Assembly: GCA_016432625.1 (NCBI GenBank)
Contig: CP066697.1
Span: forward strand, 392,409-456,408
DNA length: 64,000 nt
Direction of reading: 5' to 3'
Source: Candidatus Berkelbacteria bacterium
GTDB taxonomy: Bacteria; Patescibacteriota; UBA1384; 2-12-FULL-50-11
Part shown: positions 44,869 through 55,325 of the stretch, one piece after another
How the letters are laid out: the number at the start of each line of letters is the position of its first letter
How positions within the stretch are numbered: the stretch's first letter is position 1
The notes under the pieces: model-generated
Seen by the model: only the letters and a program-made list of their open reading frames with translations
Database searches by the model: none
What the model was told of the DNA's origin: nothing
Translations under genes and position numbers: made by a program

Positions 44869-47838
44869 TTATAATTCGTCAATTGGCTGCAGGCCTGAAT
44901 CAGTTGGTTTAGATGTCGCTTTACTCTCGTTCGTCAGGCCTAGGGTCTCGGCTTGATCCCAGGTTATTAAGCGATCTTGGGCACTTTGTTCGATGTCTCC
45001 CCTACTCCAATCATCGCCGCCAGCTTTTTTCTGCTCGCTCTCCCCTATTTCCTGGGCGATGTGCTTCTCGATAATTGGGGCTGTTTCTTCAGCAATAACG
45101 CCTTCGCGAACAGGCGGAGTAACCACAACGTCCCGCACCTGTTCAACTGGTGAGGGGTCGACGTCGTTTTCAACCTGTCCATCAGGTTCATTTTTTAGCT
45201 CACCGCTGCCAGTGACGGCGTACCAATTGCGACTGAAACGGTCTTTTAGAATCTCAATCTTCGAGCCTTTTGGTAGTGACGGCGTCGTCTCTTGCTCGGG
45301 CTTTTTGGCGACATTAGTTGGTTCTGCGTTAGCAAAACCCTTGTCCTGAGGTGTCACATTACCCGGACCGGCCAACGTCACGGTACTACCTTCCCCGGCC
45401 GCCTTGCCAGCTTCAACCGCGCTCAAGTCAATCGGCGCTGACCACTCGGCGATATAATCTTCAACGTCTGTTTTAGACATACTGAATTGCTCGCGGCTGG
45501 ATTCTACCACCTGGCTCACTACGTCCGTTTTATCCGCCGGCGGCGGTAAAGTGTTGGCGGAAAATGCCGGCGCCGTAACGCCGTCGATCGCCATCTTAAT
45601 ATAGATCTGCCTATTTGGTAGATTAACTAAATCGTTGACGTCAAATACCGGCTCAAACTCACTCTTCATTGCCTCGGCGTCGTTCGATCCGACACGGAAC
45701 GAGACCATTGTTCCGACGTTGCCAAAAACCGCATCGCGCACTGTCTCCGGCATCTGAGCGATATATTGGTTGACCATGACAAGATTGAGGCGATACTTGC
45801 GCGCTTCACTGAGGATTGTGGCGAAAGAATCCGTGGCAAAGTTCTGAAACTCATCAACATACAAATAGAAGTCTCGCCGATCGGCCTCGGCAATACGTGT
45901 TCGTCCCATCGCCGCTAACTGAATCTTTGTTACTAACATCGAACCAAGCAAGGCCGAGTTATCCTCGCCGATTTTTCCGGTCGACAAATCCGCCAGTAAA
46001 ATCTTGCCGTTATTCATGACTTCATCCATACGCATTGTTGATTTCGGTTGACCAACAATATTACGGATGGTTGAGCTTGAGAGAAATTGACCGACTTTAT
46101 TTTGAATCGGCGCAATCGCTTCTTGGCGGAATTTTGGTTCGTATTTTTCGTACTCATTAACAAAGAAGTCGCGAATCACCGGGTCCTTCACTTCATTAAT
46201 AACTAAGCGGCGGTAAGAATTATCCGTTAGGATCCGCATCACGCTAAGTAGCGTCGAGTTGGGATACTCGAGCACTGCGAGAATTGAGTTGCGCAGGATG
46301 TATTCAAGACGCGGCCCCCAAGATTCGCCGAAGATTTTTTTGAAGATACCGACGACGCCGGAAGCGATGACGTTCTTCATTTCTGGGTTGTTGTCGAAGT
46401 TCTCCAGGACGTTAAAGCCGACCGGAAACTCGTGATCAGCCGGGTTAAAGTAAACCACGTCGGGGATTCTATCGGCGGGCAAGAAGGCTAATACGTGATC
46501 AATAAGCTCGCCGTGCGGATCAACAACCGCCACGCCTCGCCCTTCCCGGATATCATCGTAAATCATATTCTCGATAAATGTGGATTTTCCTGTACCCGTT
46601 TTACCGATAATGTAAGCATGCAGCCTCCGGTCATGTCGTTTAATGCCGAATTTTGTGATGTTATTACGGAAATTAGTCTGGGCAAGCACTGTTAAGTCGT
46701 CGGCTGGCACGCTACCGAGAACAGGCAAGTTAGAGGGCGGTTCCCCTTTCTTCGCTCCAGCCCAAGCAATGGTTGGCGTCGATACAGTTTCAGAAGGAAA
46801 GTGATAAAGCGTTGCGAGCTCCGTAATGTTGAGAATAATGTCCCTATCCCCCATCGCCCGGTGTTTAAATAGGTCCAGGACGCTGCGGTCGGTAACCATG
46901 TCTTTAACGATGAAGGCGTTTAGATTGAGCGTATTGAACTGCTTATAGGCCCCGACGACTTGTTCTAGCTTGGCTTTAGCAACATGTTCTTCACTAGCCG
47001 CGGCAAGAATACGGACATTAGCCTCGAACCCAAGCTTGGTGATTTTTTCCTCAATCGCTTTTATCGCCTGCTGCTCTGGCCCGCCGAGTTCGTTGTCCTT
47101 CTTGTCTTCCTTCTTTTCCTCCCCGCCCCCCTCGGGCGAGATGATTTGCTTAAAGAAGCCGACAAATAATTCTTTGCTTTCATTTACGAGTAGCTCAGTG
47201 ACACCCTTTGGTTTTTTAGGTGGTTCTTTGAGGTTCTTCACTTCATCACGCCCTAAGTCCTGCCAGTCATCATCAGCAGGACGAACAATGGTTTGGATCC
47301 AAACTTCTTCATCACCCGTTAAGCTGCTTAAGACTCCCGTGGTCGTAGCGAGCGGATCAACTTCGAAGTTAAGAAACGTTTTAATTGGGAAAGCTGTCGG
47401 CCGCTTTAAAGTTAACTCAGTGGCAACGAACCGCTTCTCTTCCGGCAGAGTAACGTAGTCTTCCTCCGGCCCGATTTCTTTGATTTCAATATTAGGGTAT
47501 TGGGCAAAGATCTGACTAACAACAAAATCTTTTAGATTAGCCGGAACGTAGACAAAGAATGTAATGCTCTGCCGGCGCGAGACAATCTCCAGGCTGATAC
47601 GTGGTTGCTCGGTAGCACCCTCCCTAAAAATTCCGTGTAGGGCAGCAAAGAATTGCTCTGCCGCCTCAGGCTTAGCAGTGTTATTCTTAGGTACCGAAAG
47701 TGAGAGTAAGGTATATTCATCGAGACCGCCAGGCCAGCTTTCCTTGGAGCTGCTGCCTTTACTTGTCCGTTTCCAAAGCCATACGGCTCCAACAATCAGT
47801 AAAGCGCTGAAGACAAGATTAATCACCACAAACGTCAT
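44869..47838 (-). CDS. VirB4/TrwB/HerA-like ATPase with N-terminal TM and acidic tail
   Basis: GKTGTGKS, VDPHG, LYVDEFQNF, EARKYRL, NQY..Q. Confidence 0.88.
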   Translation of the reverse strand: MTFVVINLVFSALLIVGAVWLWKRTSKGSSSKESWPGGLDEYTLLSLSVPKNNTAKPEAAEQFFAALHGIFREGATEQPRISLEIVSRRQSITFFVYVPANLKDFVVSQIFAQYPNIEIKEIGPEEDYVTLPEEKRFVATELTLKRPTAFPIKTFLNFEVDPLATTTGVLSSLTGDEEVWIQTIVRPADDDWQDLGRDEVKNLKEPPKKPKGVTELLVNESKELFVGFFKQIISPEGGGEEKKEDKKDNELGGPEQQAIKAIEEKITKLGFEANVRILAAASEEHVAKAKLEQVVGAYKQFNTLNLNAFIVKDMVTDRSVLDLFKHRAMGDRDIILNITELATLYHFPSETVSTPTIAWAGAKKGEPPSNLPVLGSVPADDLTVLAQTNFRNNITKFGIKRHDRRLHAYIIGKTGTGKSTFIENMIYDDIREGRGVAVVDPHGELIDHVLAFLPADRIPDVVYFNPADHEFPVGFNVLENFDNNPEMKNVIASGVVGIFKKIFGESWGPRLEYILRNSILAVLEYPNSTLLSVMRILTDNSYRRLVINEVKDPVIRDFFVNEYEKYEPKFRQEAIAPIQNKVGQFLSSSTIRNIVGQPKSTMRMDEVMNNGKILLADLSTGKIGEDNSALLGSMLVTKIQLAAMGRTRIAEADRRDFYLYVDEFQNFATDSFATILSEARKYRLNLVMVNQYIAQMPETVRDAVFGNVGTMVSFRVGSNDAEAMKSEFEPVFDVNDLVNLPNRQIYIKMAIDGVTAPAFSANTLPPPADKTDVVSQVVESSREQFSMSKTDVEDYIAEWSAPIDLSAVEAGKAAGEGSTVTLAGPGNVTPQDKGFANAEPTNVAKKPEQETTPSLPKGSKIEILKDRFSRNWYAVTGSGELKNEPDGQVENDVDPSPVEQVRDVVVTPPVREGVIAEETAPIIEKHIAQEIGESEQKKAGGDDWSRGDIEQSAQDRLITWDQAETLGLTNESKATSKPTDSGLQPIDEL

Positions 47839-50288
47839 CGTGTAGAAAGCGCTCTTGAGGCCGTACCCACACTCTGACTTTCAAAAACTACTGGGGATTT
47901 GGCAAAAGTTGAGCGAGTATTATTGCGGATCCAATCGGCCATTTGTTTACTGCCTTCGTTAGGACTTTTGACACCGTTCATACTAAAGGGTTTGGTTGGT
48001 GCCAAATCAACCAAAAGCTTAACATATGCCTGGAAACGATCAAGGTTGGTAAGGTCTTCTGCGGTGACTCCGGGCAATTCATGCGACAGGAACTCAGCAT
48101 CATCGGCACCAATTCGATAGCTAATCAGGGTGCCGACGTTCCCGATCACAGCGTTACGAATTTGCTCAGTTAGTTGGGCGAAATATTGGTTGGTAATATT
48201 TAAATTAAGTCGGTATTTGCGAGCCTCGGCCAGAATAGTTGCAAATGAGTCGGTCGTGAAATTTTGAAATTCATCAACGTATAAATAGAAGTCTCGTCTT
48301 TGATCCTCTGGCACATCAGCTCTACCGAATGCCGCAACCTGTAATTTAGAGACCAAAATCAGCCCCAGTAAATTAGAGTTAATTTCACCAATTTTGCCCT
48401 TGGCTAAGTTCACAAATAGAATCTTGCCAGAGTCCATCATCTCGCGGAAATTAAATGACGACTCTTTCTGGCCGATGATGTTGCGCATCAGTTCGTTCGT
48501 CATGAACCGACCGAATTTGGAGATAAAGTAGTTATACATTTCCGACTTATGAAAATCGGCCGTTTTGGCTAGTTGCTGTTCCCAGAATGCTTTGACGACA
48601 GGGTCGGTCACTTGCGAGACAGCGTAACTTCGAAAGGCGTCGTCGGTAAACAGCCTAGGAATATCGATTAGTGTTCCGCCGCCGGGCAGGCTCATGACGG
48701 TTAAGGCGGCGTTACGTGCCCAGTGTTCCCATTGTGGTCCAACGATTCCGGTGCGATTTGGGTCGAATAATTTGTAGAAGATTTCGATTACTTCTTGAAT
48801 TAGAAAATCCTTTTCTTCGGGACGTGAGTATTCAAGTAGGTTTAGGCCTAACGGATAAGACGTATCAGACGGGTCGAAAAGTACAACGTCTTTCGCTCGT
48901 TCGGTCGGTACTTTTTTGATCAGTTGCTCAATCGCATCACCCAGCGGGTCAATAAAACATAACCCCTTACCTTGGTACATATCCTGCTCAATCATACTTT
49001 CAAACAAGGTTGTTTTACCGACGCCGGTTTTACCAATCATAAACACGTGGCGCCGCCGATCGTCTTCTTTCAAATGAACCATAGTGGTCGCCCCGCGATA
49101 GTTCGTTTCACCAATTACCACGCCATCACTGGGCAAATCTGCTGGCGGCGGCAGACTTCGCGAGAGTTGCCATTTGACCCCGGGCGTTTCGAGCGCTCTC
49201 GTTGGCAGATGGAAGATACTGGAGAGCTCCTCGGCGTTTAGAATCATTTTTGGAGCGTTGGAAAACATTCGAAATAAATAATCGCGTCCCAGACGATTCG
49301 GCGCGATAATGCGGTACTTCAAGGAGTTAAATTCCGCCGCATGGAATTGGGAGAATGCAGCAATTATGACTTTTAGATTGCTCTCAGCAGACGATTCGTC
49401 CTCAGCGGTAGTCAGCACTCGCAGTATCGCTTCGAAGCCAACCTTAGCGCCCTTTTCCTGCAAGGCCTTAATTAGCTCTTCTTGCTGAGATGAGAGGTGG
49501 ATCTTCTCCCTAACGTCGCCTTGCGGTTTAGCCTGATCGAAGACTAAGCCAATCGCACGGCCGATGCGACTTCGCCCAACAAGATGAGCCCGATTCTGTA
49601 GAACTTCCTGTCCAGCCATGTGTGTATGGTGACGCCAGCGCTCGTTAGTTGGGCGGATCAGGAGTTGGATGCTTGCCGTTTCATCACTCTTCATTTTCGT
49701 TAGGGCGTTTGTCAGCGCCGAAAGCGGATCGGTTTCTAGGTATTGATAGGTCTTTAGCGGCAAGACGAAACTTTTTGACTGTTCAAATACGGCACCCGCC
49801 ACGGCTTTAGCGTGTGGCCCAAAAAGCTTAGGCGGCTTGTTCGAACTTACTTCAGCGTGCGGAAAATAGCTGTGCAGTTGTCGCTCGACTATATTCTTTA
49901 TTCGCTTTGGGCAAACGATCGAAAAATGGATAACACCACCGACCGCTGTTACTTCAAAAGAGATATGCGCCGGTGTACTGAAAAGCCAGTCAACAAAATT
50001 ACGTTGATGGATGATTGTGGTCAACGACGAGTAAAACTGCTCCATTGGGGCGATAAGATCTTTGAAATCTTTTACTGGCTCGCCAGAAACAGGTTGAGTG
50101 GCATCTCGCGGCAACGAGACAGTTAGGCACACCAAAGAATTAACATCTCTAACCATCTCTTGTTTTTGGGCACGTAATAGGTAGAACATCAAGCCAATCG
50201 GTAGCCCGACAACAATAATTCCGATTGCCCAGACCAAGTAGTTACCTAGGAACTCCATATTAGGCACCGGTATCCATGACCTGCCCAA
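47835..50288 (-). CDS. VirB4/TrwB/HerA-like ATPase (paralog)
   Basis: GKTGVGKT, IDPLG, LYVDEFQNF, EARKYRL; start may be the second Met. Confidence 0.88.
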   Translation of the reverse strand: MGRSWIPVPNMEFLGNYLVWAIGIIVVGLPIGLMFYLLRAQKQEMVRDVNSLVCLTVSLPRDATQPVSGEPVKDFKDLIAPMEQFYSSLTTIIHQRNFVDWLFSTPAHISFEVTAVGGVIHFSIVCPKRIKNIVERQLHSYFPHAEVSSNKPPKLFGPHAKAVAGAVFEQSKSFVLPLKTYQYLETDPLSALTNALTKMKSDETASIQLLIRPTNERWRHHTHMAGQEVLQNRAHLVGRSRIGRAIGLVFDQAKPQGDVREKIHLSSQQEELIKALQEKGAKVGFEAILRVLTTAEDESSAESNLKVIIAAFSQFHAAEFNSLKYRIIAPNRLGRDYLFRMFSNAPKMILNAEELSSIFHLPTRALETPGVKWQLSRSLPPPADLPSDGVVIGETNYRGATTMVHLKEDDRRRHVFMIGKTGVGKTTLFESMIEQDMYQGKGLCFIDPLGDAIEQLIKKVPTERAKDVVLFDPSDTSYPLGLNLLEYSRPEEKDFLIQEVIEIFYKLFDPNRTGIVGPQWEHWARNAALTVMSLPGGGTLIDIPRLFTDDAFRSYAVSQVTDPVVKAFWEQQLAKTADFHKSEMYNYFISKFGRFMTNELMRNIIGQKESSFNFREMMDSGKILFVNLAKGKIGEINSNLLGLILVSKLQVAAFGRADVPEDQRRDFYLYVDEFQNFTTDSFATILAEARKYRLNLNITNQYFAQLTEQIRNAVIGNVGTLISYRIGADDAEFLSHELPGVTAEDLTNLDRFQAYVKLLVDLAPTKPFSMNGVKSPNEGSKQMADWIRNNTRSTFAKSPVVFESQSVGTASRALSTR

Positions 50289-50553
50289 CGCGATCCTCTA
50301 AATCAGACAGGCTTGCTACTGCAATATTGGCGTCGATTTCGTTTTCCAAAAATGGGGTAACAGCCTCAGTATTAACCGTCGGCTCAGGTCCGTCCTTATA
50401 TTCCACACTCCTGGGAGCAGGTCCAACTTCAGCCGGTACGTAACCACTAACAGCTTCAGGCGGCTTTGCTTCGGACACAACAGGCTTAACCTCACCAGGT
50501 GAGAATGATTCATTAGACGTTCTTAACTCAAAGCGTTCCCCCTCGCGCTGCAT
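50260..50553 (-). CDS. Hypothetical acidic protein
   Basis: 97-aa ORF overlapping the ATPase start, -10-like box 7 nt upstream. Confidence 0.6.
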   Translation of the reverse strand: MQREGERFELRTSNESFSPGEVKPVVSEAKPPEAVSGYVPAEVGPAPRSVEYKDGPEPTVNTEAVTPFLENEIDANIAVASLSDLEDRVGQVMDTGA

Positions 50554-50578
50554 TAGGTTTAATATATCAGAAAGTAAC

Positions 50579-51712
50579 CTAACGCGGGGCGTTTAAGACG
50601 CTCTGAAACTCCACATCGAAGTTTCCTTCCTTGATGCAAGATCGTACACGCTCCATTAACCGTAGAATTACCCATAAGTTGTGATAACTTAACGCCCTGC
50701 CTGCCAGAGTCTCGCCGGTGGCATAAAGGTGGCGAAGGTAGTCGCGAGTAAAGGTCTTACACATTCGACAGCCGCACTCAGTGTCCAACGGGCTGCGGTC
50801 GTTGCGGAAGGATGAGTTCATAATATTAAATTGCCCTAGTGCTTCGGTCCAAAAAACGCCGTGACGCGCCAGACGGGTTGGCAAGACGCAATCAAACATG
50901 TCGAAGCCACGCGCCACCATGCGGATTATATCCTCTGGATAACCAATGCCCATCAAGTAATGCGGTCGAGACGGATCTAAATGGTTGGCGACGTAATCAA
51001 CTGCTTTGTTAATTTTATCTTTGCCTTCACTGGCTATCGCCACACCGCCAACTGCAATGCCATCGAACGGCAGGTCTTGGATCTCTCTCGTAGATTGCAA
51101 CCGCAAGTCCTCAAACAGGCCACCCTGAATTATGCCGAATAATCCCCTCCCCGACTCCCCCATTTTTTGCTGTTGCCAATAGTCTGTCGAGCGCCTGGCC
51201 CAGTTGGTGGTCCGTATAACTGCTGACTGAACGCGCTTTTCGGTGGCCTCAATTGGCGGACAGTCATCAAGCGGCATGACTATATCGCTGCCCAGTTTTC
51301 TTTGAATGTCTAACACTGACTCCGGTGTAAACTCATGTTTGCCACCATCAAGATGCGAGTAAAAACGCACTCCATCGTTTGTAGTCTTGGCGGTTTTTGC
51401 CCTGGTTGCCCCTAAGGAATAGGCTTGATACCCACCTGAGTCGGTCAAAACCGGCCCGTTCCACTGAGTCCATTTGGCAAAACCTCCAGCCTCGGCTATA
51501 TGCCCAGCCCCGGGACGCAAGTGCAGATGGTAAGTATTCCCCAAAATGATTTCAGCTCCCAACTCTTGAACCTCCCAAGGGAATAAAGTTTTAACCGCGC
51601 CCGAAGTGGCAACGGGCATAAAGACAGGGGTCTGAATAATACCGTGTGGCGTTACGAGCTCGCCAGTTCGGGCAAGGGAATTTTTCTGTTTATGTAAAAC
51701 TTTAAAAAACAT
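50579..51712 (-). CDS. tgt: tRNA-guanine transglycosylase
   Basis: TPVFMPV, NTYHL, TDSGGYQ, DMFDCVLPTR, C.C..C zinc site. Confidence 0.96.
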   Translation of the reverse strand: MFFKVLHKQKNSLARTGELVTPHGIIQTPVFMPVATSGAVKTLFPWEVQELGAEIILGNTYHLHLRPGAGHIAEAGGFAKWTQWNGPVLTDSGGYQAYSLGATRAKTAKTTNDGVRFYSHLDGGKHEFTPESVLDIQRKLGSDIVMPLDDCPPIEATEKRVQSAVIRTTNWARRSTDYWQQQKMGESGRGLFGIIQGGLFEDLRLQSTREIQDLPFDGIAVGGVAIASEGKDKINKAVDYVANHLDPSRPHYLMGIGYPEDIIRMVARGFDMFDCVLPTRLARHGVFWTEALGQFNIMNSSFRNDRSPLDTECGCRMCKTFTRDYLRHLYATGETLAGRALSYHNLWVILRLMERVRSCIKEGNFDVEFQSVLNAPR

Positions 51713-51723
51713 TTCTATTACGC

Positions 51724-51852
51724 AGGGGCCAGGGGCCTAATTGCGAGGCGGCCCCTAGGCCCCTAGAACCCCTACCCTGCACGCTACCCACAGGGGTGCG
51801 GTGAAAAACCGGCTCGTAACCTGCTTTTGGGTTAGACTCGCCGGTTTTTCGA
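51724..51852 (-). repeat. Dispersed structured repeat, copy 2
   Basis: Same motif blocks as 27013-27146 with different but paired stems. Confidence 0.75.
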
Positions 51853-51862
51853 TTCATTGATA

Positions 51863-52384
51863 TTACAAGCTCGCCGCAGGCGTCAATTTCTGACACTCAA
51901 CAAGCTTATGACCAGCAAAAACCAACCGGTACATCTCGGCTTCGAGGCACGGAAAGTCCTTCTCTTCGTCAGTTAAGTCAAAGGCTTCCAGTCCGCCTTG
52001 AATAACATCCTGATGCGTCGTGCAGACAATGTGGCAACCGGCGTGTTTCGTAATTAGCTCATCGAAAAACTTCGGAATGATATTCTCTAAGGCCTGGTAA
52101 TCTCCGGGGCTATAAATTTCATACAGTTCTTGTTTCTGCTCAATTTCCCGCGGGATCTTTGCCACTTCCTCAATTACTTCAGCTGTCTGAATCGTCCGAA
52201 GTCTTGGGCTTGAGTAAATAGCAACTGGAGCAAAATTAGCGATATACTCCCCTACCTTTTTAATTTGGTCTCTCCCCTCTTGCGTCAGTACCCGTTCACC
52301 GTCAATCGTTGGGTCTAGCAAATAAGTCCGGTCGGTCTCGCCGTGACGCACCAGGAAGATAATGGTTTGAAATTTTTCGTCCAT
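51863..52384 (-). CDS. Histidine phosphatase family protein
   Basis: LVRHGET, LT.EG..Q, YSSP..R.IQTA, TH. Confidence 0.92.
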   Translation of the reverse strand: MDEKFQTIIFLVRHGETDRTYLLDPTIDGERVLTQEGRDQIKKVGEYIANFAPVAIYSSPRLRTIQTAEVIEEVAKIPREIEQKQELYEIYSPGDYQALENIIPKFFDELITKHAGCHIVCTTHQDVIQGGLEAFDLTDEEKDFPCLEAEMYRLVFAGHKLVECQKLTPAASL

Positions 52385-52477
52385 ATATAGATTTTACAGG
52401 AGAAGTCACGCTTTAGGGAGGGTGAAAGCAACAGGGCCTGTCTTGCGACAGGCCCTGGGGCACGGATGTTGGAAGCG

Positions 52478-52993
52478 CTACTTGCGTAGGAAAATGCGAT
52501 TGCCGATGGCCCCACGGCCCGACGGCAGAACAATCTCCACTTCGCAGTACTTGCCCCACATGGTTTTACCGACCATGGGGTAGCGGAGCTGGCATTGCGA
52601 CCGCAGGACACGACTCACAAACAGAGCGGTCACGACTAGGTTGCTGATCATCTCATCCTGCCACCACTCAGCGTAGTACGACTCGATGGTTGTTGAGACC
52701 TCGATGTTATCAAACACACCTTCGTAATGCTTGACGACATCTTTCATGGCGAACTTGCCCGCTTCGACTACTGTGTCGAAACTGACAGCAAAGCCATAGT
52801 CAGCCCGTACCACCTCGGCAACAAGTTGCCGGGCAGTGTTTAGTCCGGTCTCGACCAGCGCGCCCAACGGCGCGTTACCCTCTACTGGAGCTTTGGCGTA
52901 GTTCAGCGCTGCCGTCTGAGTCTGGCGATTAGCCCAGACGGCATTAAGGTGCTCGTCTGGCACCGATCGACATGATTCTTCAGACATTTCCAC
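52478..52993 (-). CDS. Hypothetical protein
   Basis: 171-aa ORF followed by a hairpin at about 52433-52458. Confidence 0.6.
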   Translation of the reverse strand: MEMSEESCRSVPDEHLNAVWANRQTQTAALNYAKAPVEGNAPLGALVETGLNTARQLVAEVVRADYGFAVSFDTVVEAGKFAMKDVVKHYEGVFDNIEVSTTIESYYAEWWQDEMISNLVVTALFVSRVLRSQCQLRYPMVGKTMWGKYCEVEIVLPSGRGAIGNRIFLRK

Positions 52994-53157
52994 ATTTCAC
53001 CAATAAGTGCGAGATTTCGCGGGTTTTACGTCGCGATGAACGAATTTTACGCTGATATTGAAGGTTAATCAATGAGGTAGTCCCGTATATTTTACTCAGT
53101 AAATATGAGAGAATGCGCCTACAGTTGCAGCGCAACTTACATTAGGAGGTTAGGCCA

Positions 53158-54231
53158 ATGACTGGCACGACAACAATCATCGCCACAGGCGAAGCCACTC
53201 CAAGGCCAGCCGAGATGGTGTGTAATCTCGAAGTAATGGATATCCTCGCCGAAAACGGCGTGGAGATCCCGCCGAAACGGCGGGAAAACTACGACAAGGA
53301 TTTCCATGGGATAAAATCGCGGTGGTTAACTCCACCTTGCGTTTCGTCCTACGACTTGGCTCTTGAGGCCGGTATCAACGCCTTCCGTCAAGCCGCTAAC
53401 GTAGATCCTGACTTCAGCCCTTCAAAGGTGATGGCTGTCCACAGCGGTGGCTCATCACCTCACTCGCTCTACTCAGGGGTCTCGAATAAGCTCCAATACA
53501 GCTTGTTCGTTCCGCCCTGCTTCGCTGAAGCTCGAGACGATTCACTGGCATGCACGAGTGCTGTTGACGCCTTGTTGCTGCTTGACTCCCGTTTGCGGCA
53601 TCTTGCTGTCATGGAGGAAATTGAGGAACCGATCTATGGTTGCGTCGTAATTGGCGAAGCTATTGGGACGGTTTCCAACCAGCCGGACAGCACCAACTAT
53701 ATACTTTGGGGTTGTGGCGGCTCGGCACTCGTCGTCAAACACGATCCTAGGGATGGGCGGAAGGTCGGTATCAGGCGTTCGCGTAACATCTCCGACGGTC
53801 AGTTTGCGCATTGGTTTGAAGCCGTGGGCATCGGTACCGATCCGAGATACCTAGGCGTTCGACCCAACGCTACGATGGGCGAAAAAGGTATGTACGGCCG
53901 CGAGGTTCAAGAGTACATCATGGACGTCATCGCACCGTATTGCGCCGAGTTTGTCGCGAAATGCGGTGTTGACCCCGCCAGCTCCACGAGTCATCTCTGT
54001 GGGCACAACCCAACGTACGACGGCGCGAAGTCGTTCGGCATCAAAGCTGGCTTTGCATACGAGCGCATCCATAGTGTCGCCGATGATCGTGCCAACACGT
54101 CGTCGACCTCGCCGTTTCTCAACTACCACACAGCTCGCACGCTTGGACTGATTAAAAGGGGGGATAACGTCTTCCTGGTTGGTTACGGCGCCGGTCCTTC
54201 GGCTGCGTTCCTCTACTACATCGAGCCCTGA
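53158..54231 (+). CDS. Divergent FabH/KAS III-like ketosynthase
   Basis: AGGAGG RBS; Cys (LACTS), His (GHNP) and Asn (ANTSS) triad, GYGAG. Confidence 0.8.
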   Translation: MTGTTTIIATGEATPRPAEMVCNLEVMDILAENGVEIPPKRRENYDKDFHGIKSRWLTPPCVSSYDLALEAGINAFRQAANVDPDFSPSKVMAVHSGGSSPHSLYSGVSNKLQYSLFVPPCFAEARDDSLACTSAVDALLLLDSRLRHLAVMEEIEEPIYGCVVIGEAIGTVSNQPDSTNYILWGCGGSALVVKHDPRDGRKVGIRRSRNISDGQFAHWFEAVGIGTDPRYLGVRPNATMGEKGMYGREVQEYIMDVIAPYCAEFVAKCGVDPASSTSHLCGHNPTYDGAKSFGIKAGFAYERIHSVADDRANTSSTSPFLNYHTARTLGLIKRGDNVFLVGYGAGPSAAFLYYIEP

Positions 54232-54337
54232 GATGGGCTCCCTCGCCAACACCCCCTAGCTCTAGCAGTTAGGGGGTGTTCCTGTAAACTTGATTAGACC
54301 GTGCACCTTTCAGTTGCGTGGCAGACAGGAGCAACTC

Positions 54338-55207
54338 ATGGAAAACCCCTTCATCATTCTCTGGGAGTGGACCTTGGGTTGGCTTAAAAGGCTCGCCCTC
54401 TACCGCTTCCCGGACCGAGTCGATTTCGCTTTCGGAATGTTCACTACATTCATCGTCCTACAACTGATCCTCGGCCGGTATGGCCTTTTCTACCTGCTCA
54501 GCTGGTGGCCAGACGCCCAACGGGTTCAGTTCGAGAACACCCCTCTTGCCTACTTGGGCTGCTTCCTCGCCTTCCATATGGGCGTGGCCTTCTTCGAGTT
54601 TGGATTCCACCGGTACATTCTTCATAAGGTGTTCTGGAGATTTCTCCAAGGATTAGCCCGGAAGCATCGCAAGCATCACGGCTTAACCTACGGTGACGCC
54701 TACCCGATCACCGAGCCAAAGCAGATCGAATCCTCGGCGTTCCCCGCGTGGACTTTGGCGGCCTTCTGGGGATTCTTCGCCGTCGTGGCGTTAATCCCCT
54801 TGCAGCTCATCTTCCCCTCCCTGCCGTGGCTCATCAGCGGCGGGGCGGCGGTTGCGTGGTCGTACTGGCTTTACGAGGTGAAGCACGCCGTAGAGCACCT
54901 CGACTACGACAGGTGGTGGAAGTGGTGCGTTGAGCGATCCGATCGCCTTGGTCAAGTGGCAAAAAAAGTCTATTGGTACCACCGGATACATCACTTTATC
55001 CCTGAGATAAATGAAGCAATCGGCGGATTTATGGGCTTTGACTTCCCCGGATGGGTGTTCCGAACCAGCTTCGTTCCTGAACACATTCCGGCGGTTGGGG
55101 CCAAGTTTGACCCTAGCTCGTTCAAGTACCCGCCTCCACGTTGGCCGGTTAACGTGCTCGACAAGGTAGTTGACGCTCGTGAAAAACAGCTTCAAGGAAG
55201 AGCATGA
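54338..55207 (+). CDS. Fatty acid hydroxylase/sterol desaturase family membrane enzyme
   Basis: His boxes HRYILH, HRKHH, HAVEH, HRIHH with TM helices; AGGAG before ATG 54338. Confidence 0.82.
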   Translation: MENPFIILWEWTLGWLKRLALYRFPDRVDFAFGMFTTFIVLQLILGRYGLFYLLSWWPDAQRVQFENTPLAYLGCFLAFHMGVAFFEFGFHRYILHKVFWRFLQGLARKHRKHHGLTYGDAYPITEPKQIESSAFPAWTLAAFWGFFAVVALIPLQLIFPSLPWLISGGAAVAWSYWLYEVKHAVEHLDYDRWWKWCVERSDRLGQVAKKVYWYHRIHHFIPEINEAIGGFMGFDFPGWVFRTSFVPEHIPAVGAKFDPSSFKYPPPRWPVNVLDKVVDAREKQLQGRA

Positions 55208-55325
55208 AAGAAGAGCTTCCGAAATTCTGTAGTGACCGTACGTCAATGAACTCCACGACCCCGCCCACAAGCGGGGTCGTACCATATTACAAAAGAATAA
55301 ACGCTAAAATGTGTATACTAATAAT

